Positions 11,101 to 25,531 of a stretch of 64,000 bases of DNA are shown here, in pieces (the first letter of the stretch is position 1; each line of letters begins with the position of its first letter). Position numbers and translations under genes: made by a program. Origin of the DNA: the human T2T-CHM13v2.0 reference genome, Homo sapiens; the NCBI RefSeq assembly GCF_009914755.1, contig NC_060939.1, one strand, 5' to 3'. The notes beneath the pieces are model-generated. The model had not been told where the DNA came from. It worked only from the letters and a program-made list of their open reading frames with translations, and ran no database searches.

Positions 11101-14100
11101 TCAAGACCATTTCTTTTGAGTCCATTCTATTTGAGTCCATTCCCTTTGATTCCATAACATTTGAGTCCATTCAATTCCATTCCTTTCGTTTCCATTCCAT
11201 TTGATGCCATTCCATTCAATTCTGTTCTACTCGACTCCAATACATTCAATTCCATTCCATCCGATTCCATTACATTCTTTTCATTTCTTATCCATTTCAA
11301 GCCATTCCACTCCATTCCATTCCACTCGTTTCCTTTCCATTCGAGTCCATTCCTCTCCAGTCCATTCCGTTCAATCCATTCCATTCCAGTCCATTCCATT
11401 CGAGTCCGTTCCATTCCAGTCCATTCCATTCGAGTCAATTCCATTCCATTCGATGTCTTTCCATAACGATCCATTCCATTCTATTCCTTTCGATTCCATT
11501 CCATTCTATTTCATTCCATTCGATTCCCTTCCATTGGACTCCTTTCCATTCGAGTGCATTCCATTCCGTTCCATTTCTTTCCGTTCTGTACGATTCCTAC
11601 CGTTCGATTTCATTTTGTTCCAGTCCATTCTTTCGCGTCCATTCCATTCCATTTCACTCCATTTGATTCCATTCCACTCGATTCCACTTCGTTCCATTTC
11701 ATTGCATTCCATTCTATTCAACTCTATTGCCTTCCATTCCATTCCATTCGATTACATTCCATGCGATTCCATTCGAAATCGAATCAATTACATTGCAATC
11801 CATTACTATTGAGTCCGTTTTATTCCAGTCCACTGCATTCTGGTCCATTCCATTTGATTCCATTCCATTCTATTCCATTCCATACAGTTGCATTCCATTG
11901 GATTCCATGCTATATCTATAAATTCAATTCGAGACCATTGCTTTTGAGTCCATTCTATATGATTCCATTCCATTCAAGTCCATTACATTTGGTTCAATTC
12001 CATTCCATTCGGTTCAATTCCATTCCATTCCATTCCCTTCCATTCCATTCCAGTTGATATCAATCCATTCGATTCCATTCCATTCGAGCACATTCCATTC
12101 GAGTCCATTCCATTCGATGCCATTCCATTTGATTCTATTCCATTAGTCTCCATTCAATTCCATTAATCTCCATTCCATTCCATTCTACTCCAACTGATTC
12201 CATTCCATTCTATTCCTTTCCATTCCATTTCATTCCATTCCATTCCATTCCATTCCATTCCATTCCATTCGTGTCCATTCCACTCCAGTCCATTCCATTC
12301 GTATCCATTCCATTCCAGTCCATTCCATTTGTGTCCACTGCATTCCATTCCACTCCATTCCATATTATTCCATTACACTCCATTCCATTCTATTACTTTC
12401 ATTTCCATTCAATTCCATTCCATTTGATTCCATTCCACTCGGTTTCATTCCATTTGAGTCCACTCCATTCCATTCCATTCCATTCAGTTCCATTCGATTC
12501 TGTTCCATTCCATTCCGTTCCGTTACATTCCATTCCATTCGGTACCATTCCATATTGTTCCATTCGATTCCATTCGAATCCATTCCATTCCAGTCCATTC
12601 CATTCGATTCCATTCCATTCATTTCAATTCCATTCCATTCCATTCCATTACATTCCACTTGATTCCTCTCCATTCCCTTCCACTGCATTCCGTTCGATTC
12701 CATTCCATTGCATTGCATTCCATTCCATTGGATTGCATTCCATTCGATTCCATTCCATTCGAATCAATTACATAGCAATCCATTACATTCGAGTCTATTC
12801 TCTTCCGTTCCATTCGATTTCGTTCCAATCCATTCGATTCCATTCCATTCGATTCCATTCCATACTATTGCATTCCATTCGATTACATTATATTCGAATA
12901 AGTTCCATTCAAGACCATTTCTTTTGAGTCCATTCTATTTGAGTCCATTCCCTTTGATTCCATAACATTTGAGTCCATTCAATTCCATTCCTTTCGTTTC
13001 CATTCCATTTGATGCCATTCCATTCAATTCTGTTCTACTCGACTCCAATACATTCAATTCCATTCCATCCGATTCCATTACATTCTTTTCATTTCTTATC
13101 CATTTCAAGCCATTCCACTCCATTCCATTCCACTCGTTTCCTTTCCATTCGAGTCCATTCCTCTCCAGTCCATTCCGTTCAATCCATTCAATTCCAGTCC
13201 ATTCCATTCGAGTCCGTTCCATTCCAGTCCATTCCATTCGAGTCAATTCCATTCCATTCGATGTCTTTCCATAACGATCCATTCCATTCTATTCCTTTCG
13301 ATTCCATTCCATTCTATTTCATTCCATTCGATTCCCTTCCATTGGACTCCTTTCCATTCGAGTGCATTCCATTCCGTTCCATTTCTTTCCGTTCTGTACG
13401 ATTCCTACCGTTCGATTTCATTTTGTTCCAGTCCATTCTTTCGCGTCCATTCCATTCCATTTCACTCCATTCGATTCCATTCCACTCGATTCCACTTCGT
13501 TCCATTTCATTGCATTCCATTCTATTCAACTCTATTGCCTTCCATTCCATTCCATTCGATTACATTCCATGCGATTCCATTCGAAATCGAATCAATTACA
13601 TTGCAATCCATTACTATTGAGTCCGTTTTATTCCAGTCCACTGCATTCTGGTCCATTCCATTTGATTCCATTCCATTCTATTCCATTCCATACAGTTGCA
13701 TTCCATTGGATTCCATGCTATATCTATAAATTCAATTCGAGACCATTGCTTTTGAGTCCATTCTATATGATTCCATTCCATTCAAGTCCATTACATTTGG
13801 TTCAATTCCATTCCATTCGGTTCAATTCCATTCCATTCCATTCCCTTCCATTCCATTCCAGTTGATATCAATCCATTCGATTCCATTCCATTCGAGCACA
13901 TTCCATTCGAGTCCATTCCATTCGATGCCATTCCATTTGATTCTATTCCATTAGTCTCCATTCAATTCCATTAATCTCCATTCCATTCCATTCTACTCCA
14001 ACTGATTCCATTCCATTCTATTCCTTTCCATTCCATTTCATTCCATTCCATTCCATTCCATTCCATTCCATTCCATTCGTGTCCATTCCACTCCAGTCCA

Positions 14101-14776
14101 TTCCATTCGTATCCATTCCATTCCAGTCCATTCCATTTGTGTCCACTGCATTCCATTCCACTCCATTCCACATTATTCCATTACACTCCATTCCATTCTA
14201 TTACTTTCATTTCCATTCAATTCCATTCCATTTGATTCCATTCCACTCGGTTTCATTCCATTTGAGTCCACTCCATTCCATTCCATTCCATTCAGTTCCA
14301 TTCCATTCTGTTCCATTCCATTCCGTTCCATTACATTCCATTCCATTCGGTACCATTCCATATTGTTCCATTCGATTCCATTCGAATCCATTCCATTCCA
14401 GTCCATTCCATTCGATTCCATTCCATTCATTTCCATTCCATTCCATTCCATTCCATTACATTCCACTTGATTCCTCTCCATTCCCTTCCACTGCATTCCG
14501 TTCGATTCCATTCCATTGCATTGCATTCCATTCCATTGGATTGCATTCCATTCGATTCCATTCCATTCGAATCAATTACATAGCAATCCATTACATTCGA
14601 GTCTATTCTCTTCCGTTCCATTCGATTTCGTTCCAATCCATTCGATTCCATTCCATTCGATTCCATTCCATACTATTGCATTCCATTCGATTACATTATA
14701 TTCGAATAAGTTCCATTCAAGACCATTTCTTTTGAGTCCATTCTATTTGAGTCCATTCCCTTTGATTCCATAACAT

Positions 14777-17700
14777 TTGAGTCCATTCAATTCCATTCCT
14801 TTCGTTTCCATTCCATTTGATGCCATTCCATTCAATTCTGTTCTACTCGACTCCAATACATTCAATTCCATTCCATCCGATTCCATTACATTCTTTTCAT
14901 TTCTTATCCATTTCAAGCCATTCCACTCCATTCCATTCCACTCGTTTCCTTTCCATTCGAGTCCATTCCTCTCCAGTCCATTCCGTTCAATCCATTCCAT
15001 TCCAGTCCATTCCATTCGAGTCCGTTCCATTCCAGTCCATTCCATTCGAGTCAATTCCATTCCATTCGATGTCTTTCCATAACGATCCATTCCATTCTAT
15101 TCCTTTCGATTCCATTCCATTCTATTTCATTCCATTCGATTCCCTTCCATTGGACTCCTTTCCATTCGAGTGCATTCCATTCCGTTCCATTTCTTTCCGT
15201 TCTGTACGATTCCTACCGTTCGATTTCATTTTGTTCCAGTCCATTCTTTCGCGTCCATTCCATTCCATTTCACTCCATTCGATTCCATTCCACTCGATTC
15301 CACTTCGTTCCATTTCATTGCATTCCATTCTATTCAACTCTATTGCCTTCCATTCCATTCCATTCCATTACATTCCATGCGATTCCATTCGAAATCGAAT
15401 CAATTACATTGCAATCCATTACTATTGAGTCCGTTTTATTCCAGTCCACTGCATTCTGGTCCATTCCATTTGATTCCATTCCATTCTATTCCATTCCATA
15501 CAGTTGCATTCCATTGGATTCCATGCTATATCTATAAATTCAATTCGAGACCATTGCTTTTGAGTCCATTCTATATGATTCCATTCCATTCAAGTCCATT
15601 ACATTTGGTTAAATTCCATTCCATTCGGTTCAATTCCATTCCATTCCATTCCCTTCCATTCCATTCCAGTTGATATCAATCCATTCGATTCCATTCCATT
15701 CGAGCACATTCCATTCGAGTCCATTCCATTCGATGCCATTCCATTTGATTCTATTCCATTAGTCTCCATTCAATTCCATTAATCTCCATTCCATTCCATT
15801 CTACTCCAACTGATTCCATTCCATTCTATTCCTTTTTATTCCATTTCATTCCATTCCATTCCATTCCATTCCATTCCATTCGTGTCCATTCCACTCCAGT
15901 CCATTCCATTCGTATCCATTCCATTCCAGTCCATTCCATTTGTGTCCACTGCATTCCATTCCACTCCATTCCATATTATTCCATTACACTCCATTCCATT
16001 CTATTACTTTCATTTCCATTCAATTGCATTCCATTTGATTCCATTCCACTCGGTTTCATTCCATTTGAGTCCACTCCATTCCATTCCATTCCATTCAGTT
16101 CCATTCCATTCTGTTCCATTCCATTCCGTTCCATTCCATTCCATTCCATTCGTTACCATTCCATATTGTTCCATTCGATTCCATTCGAATCCATTCCATT
16201 CCAGTCCATTCCATTCGATTCCATTCCATTCCTTTCAATTCCATTCCATTCCATTCCATTACATTCCACTTGATTCCTCTCCATTCCCTTCCACTGCATT
16301 CCGTTCGATTCCATTCCATTGCATTGCATTCCATTCCATTGGATTGCATTCCATTCGATTCCATTCCATTCGAATCAATTACATAGCAATCCATTACATT
16401 CGAGTCTATTCTCTTCCGTTCCATTCGATTTCGTTCCAATCCATTCGATTCCATTCCATTCGATTCCATTCCATACTATTGCATTCCATTCGATTACATT
16501 ATATTCGAATAAGTTCCATTCAAGACCATTTCTTTTGAGTCCATTCTATTTGAGTCCATTCCCTTTGATTCCATAACATTTGAGTCCATTCAATTCCATT
16601 CCTTTCGTTTCCATTCCATTTGATGCCATTCCATTCAATTCTGTTCTACTCGACTCCAATACATTCAATTCCATTCCATCCGATTCCATTACATTCTTTT
16701 CATTTCTTATCCATTTCAAGCCATTCCACTCCATTCCATTCCACTCGTTTCCTTTCCATTCGAGTCCATTCCTCTCCAGTCCATTCCGTTCAATCCATTC
16801 CATTCCAGTCCATTCCATTCGAGTCCGTTCCATTCCAGTCCATTCCATTCGAGTCAATTCCATTCCATTCGATGTCTTTCCATAACGATCCATTCCATTC
16901 TATTCCTTTCGACTCCATTCCATTCTATTTCATTCCATTCGATTCCCTTCCATTGGACTCCTTTCCATTCGAGTGCATTCCATTCCGTTCCATTTCTTTC
17001 CGTTCTCTACGATTCCTACCGTTCGATTTCATTTTGTTCCAGTCCATTCCTTTCGCGTCCATTCCATTCCATTTCACTCGATTGGATTCCATTCCACTCG
17101 ATTCCACTTCGTTCCATTTCATTGCATTCCATTCTATTCAACTCTATTGCCTTCCATTCCATTCCATTCGATTACATTCCATGCGATTCCATTCGAAATC
17201 GAATCAATTACATTGCAAACCATTACTATTGAGTCCGTTTTATTCCAGTCCACTGCATTCTGGTCCATTCCATTTGATTCCATTCCATTCTATTCCATTC
17301 CATACAGTTGCATTCCATTGGATTCCATGCTATATCTATAAATTCAATTCGAGACCATTGCTTTTGAGTCCATTCTATACGATTCCATTCCATTCAAGTC
17401 CATTACATTTGGTTCAATTCCATTCCATTCCATTCCCTTCCATTCCATTCCATTTGATATCAATCCATTCGATTCCATTCCATTCGAGCACATTCCATTC
17501 GAGTCCATTCCATTCGATGCCATTCCATTTGATTCTATTCCATTAGTCTCCATTCAATTCCATTAATCTCCATTCCATTCCATTCTAATCCAACTGATTC
17601 CATTCCATTCTATTCCTTTCCATTCCATTTCATTCCATTCCATTCCATTTCATTCCATTCCATTCCATTCGTGTCCATTCCACTCCAGTCCATTCCATTC

Positions 17701-20700
17701 GTGTCCATTCCATTCCAGTCCATTCCATTTGTGTCCACTGCATTCCATTCCACTCCATTCCATATTATTCCATTACACTCCATTCCATTCTATTACTTTC
17801 ATTTCCATTCAATTCCACTCCATTTGATTCCATTCCACTCGGTTTCATTCCATTTGAGTCCACTCCATTCCATTCCATTCCATTCCATTCAGTTCCATTC
17901 CATTCCATTCCATTACATTCCATTCCATTCGGTACCATTCCATATTGTTCCATTCGATTCCATTCGAATCCATTCCATTCCAGTCCATTCCATTCGATTC
18001 CATTCCATTCATTTCAATTCCATTCCATTCCATTCCATTCCATTCCACTTGATTCCTCTCCATTCCCTTCCACTGCATTCCGTTCGATTCCATTCCATTG
18101 CATTGCATTCCATTCCTTTGGATTGCATTCCATTCGATTCCATTCCATTCGAATCAATTACATAGCAATCCATTACATTCGAGTCTATTCTATTCCTTTC
18201 CATTCGATTTCGTTCCAATCCATTCGATTCCATTCCATTCGATTCCATTCCATACTATTGCATTCCATTCGATTACATTATATTCGAATAAGTTCCATTC
18301 AAGACCATTTCTTTTGAGTCCTTTCTATTTGAGTCCATTCCCTTTGATTCCATAACATTTGAGTCCATTCAATTCCATTCCTTTCGTTTCCATTCCATTT
18401 GATGCCATTCCATTCAATTCTGTTCTACTCGACTCCAATACATTCAATTCCATTCCATCCGATTCCATTACATTCTTTTCATTTCTTATCCATTTCAAGC
18501 CATTCCACTCGATTCCATTCCACTCGTTTCCTTTCCATTCGAGTCCATTCCTCTCCAGTCCATTCCGTTCAATCCATTCCATTCCAGTCCATTCCATTCG
18601 AGTCCGTTCCATTCCAGTCCATTCCATTCGAGTCAATTCCATCCCATTCGATGTCTTTCCATAACGATCCATTCCATTCTATTCCTTTCGATTCCATTCC
18701 ATTCTATTTCATTCCATTCGATTCCCTTCCATTGGACTCCTTTCCATTCGAGTGCATTCCATTCCGTTCCATTTCTTTCCGTTCTGTACGATTCCTACCG
18801 TTCGATTTCATTTTGTTCCAGTCCATTCCTTTCGCGTCCATTCCATTCCATTTCACTCCATTCGATTCCATTCCACTCGATTCCACTTCGTTCCATATCA
18901 TTGCATTCCATTCTATTCAACTCTATTGCCTTCCATTCCATTCCATTCGATTACATTCCATGCGATTCCATTCGAAATCGAATCAATTACATTGCAATCC
19001 ATTACTATTGAGTCCATTTTATTCCAGTCCACTGCATTCTGGTCCATTCCATTTGATTCCATTCCATTCTATTCCATTCCATACAGTTGCATTCCATTGA
19101 ACTCCATTGTATATCTATAAATTCAATTCGAGACCATTGCTTTTGAGTCCATTCTATATGATTCCATTCCATTCAAGTCCATTACATTTGGTTCAATTCC
19201 ATTCCATTCCATTCCCTTCCATTCCATTCCAGTTGATATCAATCCATTCGATTCCATTCCATTCGAGCACATTCCATTCGAGTCCATTCCATTCGATGCC
19301 ATTCCATTTGATTCTATTCCATTAGTCTCCATTCAATTCCATTAATCTGCATTCCATTCCATTCTAATCCAACTGATTCCATTCCATTCTATTCCTTTCC
19401 ATTCCATTTCATTCCATTCCATTCCATTTCATTCCATTCCATTCCATTCCATTCCATTCGCTTCCATTCCATTCGTGTCCATTGCATTCCAGTCCATTCC
19501 ATTTGTGTCCACTGCATTCCATTCCACTCCATTCCATATTATTCCATTACACTCCATTCCATTCTATTACTTTCATTTCCATTGAATTCCATTCCATTTG
19601 ATTCCATTCCACTCGGTTTCATTCCATTTGAGTCCACTCCACTCCATTCCATTCCATTCCATTCCATTCAGTTCCATTCCATTCTGTTCCATTCCATTCC
19701 GTTCCATTGCATTCCATTCCATTCGGTACCATTCCATATTGTTCCATTCGATTCCATTCGAATCCATTCCATTCCAGTCCATTCCATTCGATTCCATTCC
19801 ATTCCTTTCAATTCCATTCCATTCCATTCCATTCCACTTGATTCCACTCCATTCCCTTCCACTGCATTCCATTGTATTGCATTCCATTCCATTGGACTGC
19901 ATTCCATTCGATTCCATTCCATTCGAATCAATTACATAGCAATCCATTACATTCGAGTCTATTCTATTCCGTTCCATTCGATTTCGTTCCAATCCATTCG
20001 ATTCCATTCCATTCGATTCCATTCCATACTATTGCATTCCATTCGATTACATTATATTCGAATAAGTTCCATTCAAGACCATTTCTTTTGAGTCCATTCT
20101 ATTTGAGTCCATTCCCTTTGATTCCATAACATTTGAGTCCATTCAATTCCATTCCTTTCGTTTCCATTCCATTTGATGCCATTCCATTCAATTCTGTTCT
20201 ACTCGACTCCAATACATTCAATTCCATTCCATCCGATTCCATTACATTCTTTTCATTTCTTATCCATTTCAAGCCATTCCACTCCATTCCATTCCACTCG
20301 TTTCCTTTCCATTCGAGTCCATTCCTCTCCAGTCCATTCCGTTCAATCCATTCCATTCCAGTCCATTCCATTCGAGTCTGTTCCATTCCAGTCCATTCCA
20401 TTCGAGTCAATTCCATCCCATTCGATGTCTTTCCATAACGATCCATTCCATTCTATTCCTTTCGATTCCATTCCATTCTATTTCATTCCATTCGATTCCC
20501 TTCCATTGGACTCCTTTCCATTCGAGTGCATTCCATTCCGTTCCATTTCTTTCCGTTCTGTACGATTCCTACCGTTCGATTTCATTTTCTTCCAGTCCAT
20601 TCTTTCGCGTCCATTCCATTCCATTTCACTCCATTCGATTCCATTCCACTCGATTCCACTTCGTTCCATTTCATTGCATTCCATTCTATTCAACTCTATT

Positions 20701-23700
20701 GCCTTCCATTCCATTCCATTCGATTACATTCCATGCGATTCCATTCGAAATCGAATCAATTACATTGCAATCCATTACTATTGAGTCCGTTTTATTCCAG
20801 TCCACTGCATTCTGGTCCATTCCATTTGATTCCATTCCATTCTATTCCATTCCATACAGTTGCATTCCATTGGATTCCATGCTATATCTATAAATTCAAT
20901 TCGAGACCATTGCTTTTGAGTCCATTCTATATGATTCCATTCCATTCAAGTCCATTACATTTGGTTAAATTCCATTCCATTCGGTTCAATTCCATTCCAT
21001 TCCATTCCCTTCCATTCCATTCCAGTTGATATCAATCCATTCGATTCCATTCCATTCGAGCACATTCCATTCGAGTCCATTCCATTCGATGCCATTCCAT
21101 TTGATTCTATTCCATTAGTCTCCATTCAATTCCATTAATCTCCATTCCATTCCATTCTACTCCAACTGATTCCATTCCATTCTGTTCCTTTCCATTCCAT
21201 TTCATTCCATTCCATTCCATTCCATTCCATTCCATTCCATTCCATTCGTGTCCATTCCACTCCAGTCCATTCCATTCGTATCCATTCCATTCCAGTCCAT
21301 TCCATTTGTGTCCACTGCATTCCATTCCACTTCATTCCATATTATTCCATTACACTCCATTCCATTCTATTACTTTCATTTCCATTCAATTCCATTCCAT
21401 TTGATTCCATTCCACTCGGTTTCATTCCATTTGAGTCCACTCCATTCCATTCCATTCCATTCAGTTCCATTCGATTCTGTTCCATTCCATTCCGTTCCGT
21501 TACATTCCATTCCTTTCGGTACCATTCCATATTGTTCCATTCGATTCCATTCGAATCCATTCCATTCCAGTCCATTCCATTCGATTTCATTCCATTCATT
21601 TCAATTCCATTCCATTCCATTCCATTACATTCCACTTGATTCCTCTCCATTCCCTTCCACTGCATTCCGTTCGATTCCATTCCATTGCATTGCATTCCAT
21701 TCCATTGGATTGCATTCCATTCGATTCCATTCCATTCGAATCAATTACATAGCAATCCATTACTTTCGAGTCTATTCTCTTCCGTTCCATTCGATTTCGT
21801 TCCAATCCATTCGATTCCATTCCATTCGATTCCATTCCATACTATTGCATTCCATTCGATTACATTATATTCGAATAAGTTCCATTCAAGACCATTTCTT
21901 TTGAGTCCATTCTATTTGAGTCCATTCCCTTTGATTCCATAACATTTGAGTCCATTCAATTCCATTCCTTTCGTTTCCATTCCATTTGATGCCATTCCAT
22001 TCAATTCTGTTCTACTCGACTCCAATACATTCAATTCCATTCCTTCCGATTCCATTACATTCTTTTCATTTCTTATCCATTTCAAGCCATTCCACTCCAT
22101 TCCATTCCACTCGTTTCCTTTCCATTCGAGTCCATTCCTCTCCAGTCCATTCCGTTCAATCCATTCCATTCCAGTCCATTCCATTCGAGTCCGTTCCATT
22201 CCAGTCCATTCCATTCGAGTCAATTCCATTCCATTCGATGTCTTTCCATAACGATCCATTCCATTCTATTCCTTTCGATTCCATTCCATTCTATTTCATT
22301 CCATTCGATTCCCTTCCATTGGACTCCTTTCCATTCGAGTGCATTCCATTCCGTTCCATTTCTTTCCGTTCTGTACGATTCCTACCGTTCGATTCCATTT
22401 TGTTCCAGTCCATTCTTTCGCGTCCATTCCATTCCATTTCACTCCATTCGATTCCATTCCACTCGATTCCACTTCGTTCCATTTCATTGCATTCCATTCT
22501 ATTCAACTCTATTGCCTTCCATTCCATTCCATTCCATTACATTCCATGCGATTCCATTCGAAATCGAATCAATTACATTGCAATCCATTACTATTGAGTC
22601 CATTTTATTCCAGTCCACTGCATTCTGGTCCATTCCATTTGATTCCATTCCATTCTATTCCATTCCATACAGTTGCATTCCATTGAACTCCATTTTATAT
22701 CTATAAATTCAATTCGAGACCATTGCTTTCGAGTCCATTCTATATGATTCCATTCCATTCAAGTCCATTACATTTGGTTCAATTCCATTCCATTCCATTC
22801 CCTTCCATTCCATTCCAGTTGATATCAATCCATTCGATTCCATTCCATTCGAGCACATTCCATTCGAGTCCATTCCATTCGATGCCATTCCATTTGATTC
22901 TATTCCATTAGTCTCCATTCAATTCCATTAATCTCCATTCCATTCCATTCTACTCCAACTGATTCCATTCCATTCTATTCCTTTCCATTCCATTTCATTC
23001 CATTCCATTCCATTTCATTCCATTCCATTCCATTCCATTCCATTCGCTTCCATTCCATTCGTGTCCATTGCATTCCAGTCCATTCCATTTGTGTCCACTG
23101 CATTCCATTCCACTCCATTCCATATTATTCCATTACACTCCATTCCATTCTATTACTTTCATTTCCATTGAATTCCATTCCATTTGATTCCATTCCACTC
23201 GGTTTCATTCCATTTGAGTCCACTCCACTCCATTCCATTCCATTCCATTCCATTCAGTTCCATTCCATTCTGTTCCATTCCATTCCGTTCCATTGCATTC
23301 CATTCCATTCGGTACCATTCCATATTGTTCCATTCGATTCCATTCGAATCCATTCCATTCCAGTCCATTCCATTCGATTCCATTCCATTCCTTTCAATTC
23401 CATTCCATTCCATTCCATTCCACTTGATTCCACTCCATTCCCTTCCACTGCATTCCATTGCATTGCATTCCATTCCATTGGACTGCATTCCATTCGATTC
23501 CATTCCATTCGAATCAATTACATAGCAATCCATTACATTCGAGTCTATTCTATTCCGTTCCATTCGATTTCGTTCCAATCCATTCGATTCCATTCCATTC
23601 GATTCCATTCCATACTATTGCATTCCATTCGATTACATTATATTCGAATAAGTTCCATTCAAGACCATTTCTTTTGAGTCCATTCTATTTGAGTCCATTC

Positions 23701-25531
23701 CCTTTGATTCCATAACATTTGAGTCCATTCAATTCCATTCCTTTCGTTTCCATTCCATTTGATGCCATTCCATTCAATTCTGTTCTACTCGACTCCAATA
23801 CATTCAATTCCATTCCATCCGATTCCATTACATTCTTTTCATTTCTTATCCATTTCAAGCCATTCCACTCCATTCCATTCCACTCGTTTCCTTTCCATTC
23901 GAGTCCATTCCTCTCCAGTCCATTCCGTTCAATCCATTCCATTCCAGTCCATTCCATTCGAGTCTGTTCCATTCCAGTCCATTCCATTCGAGTCAATTCC
24001 ATTCCATTCGATGTCTTTCCATAACGATCCATTCCATTCTATTCCTTTCGATTCCATTCCATTCTATTTCATTCCATTCGATTCCCTTCCATTGGACTCC
24101 TTTCCATTCGAGTGCATTCCATTCCGTTCCATTTCTTTCCGTTCTGTACGATTCCTACCGTTCGATTTCATTTTCTTCCAGTCCATTCTTTCGCGTCCAT
24201 TCCATTCCATTTCACTCCATTCGATTCCATTCCACTCGATTCCACTTCGTTCCATTTCATTGCATTCCATTCTATTCAACTCTATTGCCTTCCATTCCAT
24301 TCCATTCGATTACATTCCATGCGATTCCATTCGAAATCGAATCAATTACATTGCAATCCATTACTATTGAGTCCGTTTTATTCCAGTCCACTGCATTCTG
24401 GTCCATTCCATTTGATTCCATTCCATTCTATTCCATTCCATACAGTTGCATTCCATTGGATTCCATGCTATATCTATAAATTCAATTCGAGACCATTGCT
24501 TTTGAGTCCATTCTATATGATTCCATTCCATTCAAGTCCATTACATTTGGTTAAATTCCATTCCATTCGGTTCAATTCCATTCCATTCCATTCCCTTCCA
24601 TTCCATTCCAGTTGATATCAATCCATTCGATTCCATTCCATTCGAGCACATTCCATTCGAGTCCATTCCATTCGATGCCATTCCATTTGATTCTATTCCA
24701 TTAGTCTCCATTCAATTCCATTAATCTCCATTCCATTCCATTCTACTCCAACTGATTCCATTCCATTCTGTTCCTTTCCATTCCATTTCATTCCATTCCA
24801 TTCCATTCCATTCCATTCCATTCCATTCCATTCGTGTCCATTCCACTCCAGTCCATTCCATTCGTATCCATTCCATTCCAGTCCATTCCATTTGTGTCCA
24901 CTGCATTCCATTCCACTCCATTCCATATTATTCCATTACACTCCATTCCATTCTATTACTTTCATTTCCAATCAATTCCATTCCATTTGATTCCATTCCA
25001 CTCGGTTTCATTCCATTTGAGTCCACTCCATTCCATTCCATTCCATTCAGTTCCATTCCATTCTGTTCCATTCCATTCCGTTCCGTTACATTCCATTCCA
25101 TTCGGTACCATTCCATATTGTTCCATTCGATTCCATTCGAATCCATTCCATTCCAGTCCATTCCATTCGATTCCATTCCATTCCTTTCAATTCCATTCCA
25201 TTCCATTCCATTACATTCCACTTGATTCCTCTCCATTCCCTTCCACTGCATTCCGTTCGATTCCATTCCATTGCATTGCATTCCATTCCATTGGATTGCA
25301 TTCCATTCGATTCCATTCCATTCGAATCAATTACATAGCAATCCATTACATTCGAGTCTATTCTCTTCCGTTCCATTCGATTTCGTTCCAATCCATTCGA
25401 TTCCTTTCCATTCGATTCCATTCCATACTATTGCATTCCATTCGATTACATTATATTCGAATAAGTTCCATTCAAGACCATTTCTTTTGAGTCCATTCTA
25501 TTTGAGTCCATTCCCTTTGATTCCATAACAT
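14777..25531 (+). repeat. Six-monomer super-repeat, copy 1 (U9-U14, 10755 bp)
   Basis: Monomer lengths 1803/1779/1774/1813/1773/1813. Diagnostic SNVs recur exactly 10755 bp downstream. Boundaries are set at anchors; the true left breakpoint lies at about 14650-15365. Confidence 0.93.

Noticed and set aside
16620-17546. Longest ORF (308 aa; also at 27375 and 38136)
   Set aside because: It is a chance fusion produced by the CCTTTCGCG +1 allele and the 20 bp deletion in B-type monomers, and has only low-complexity content.
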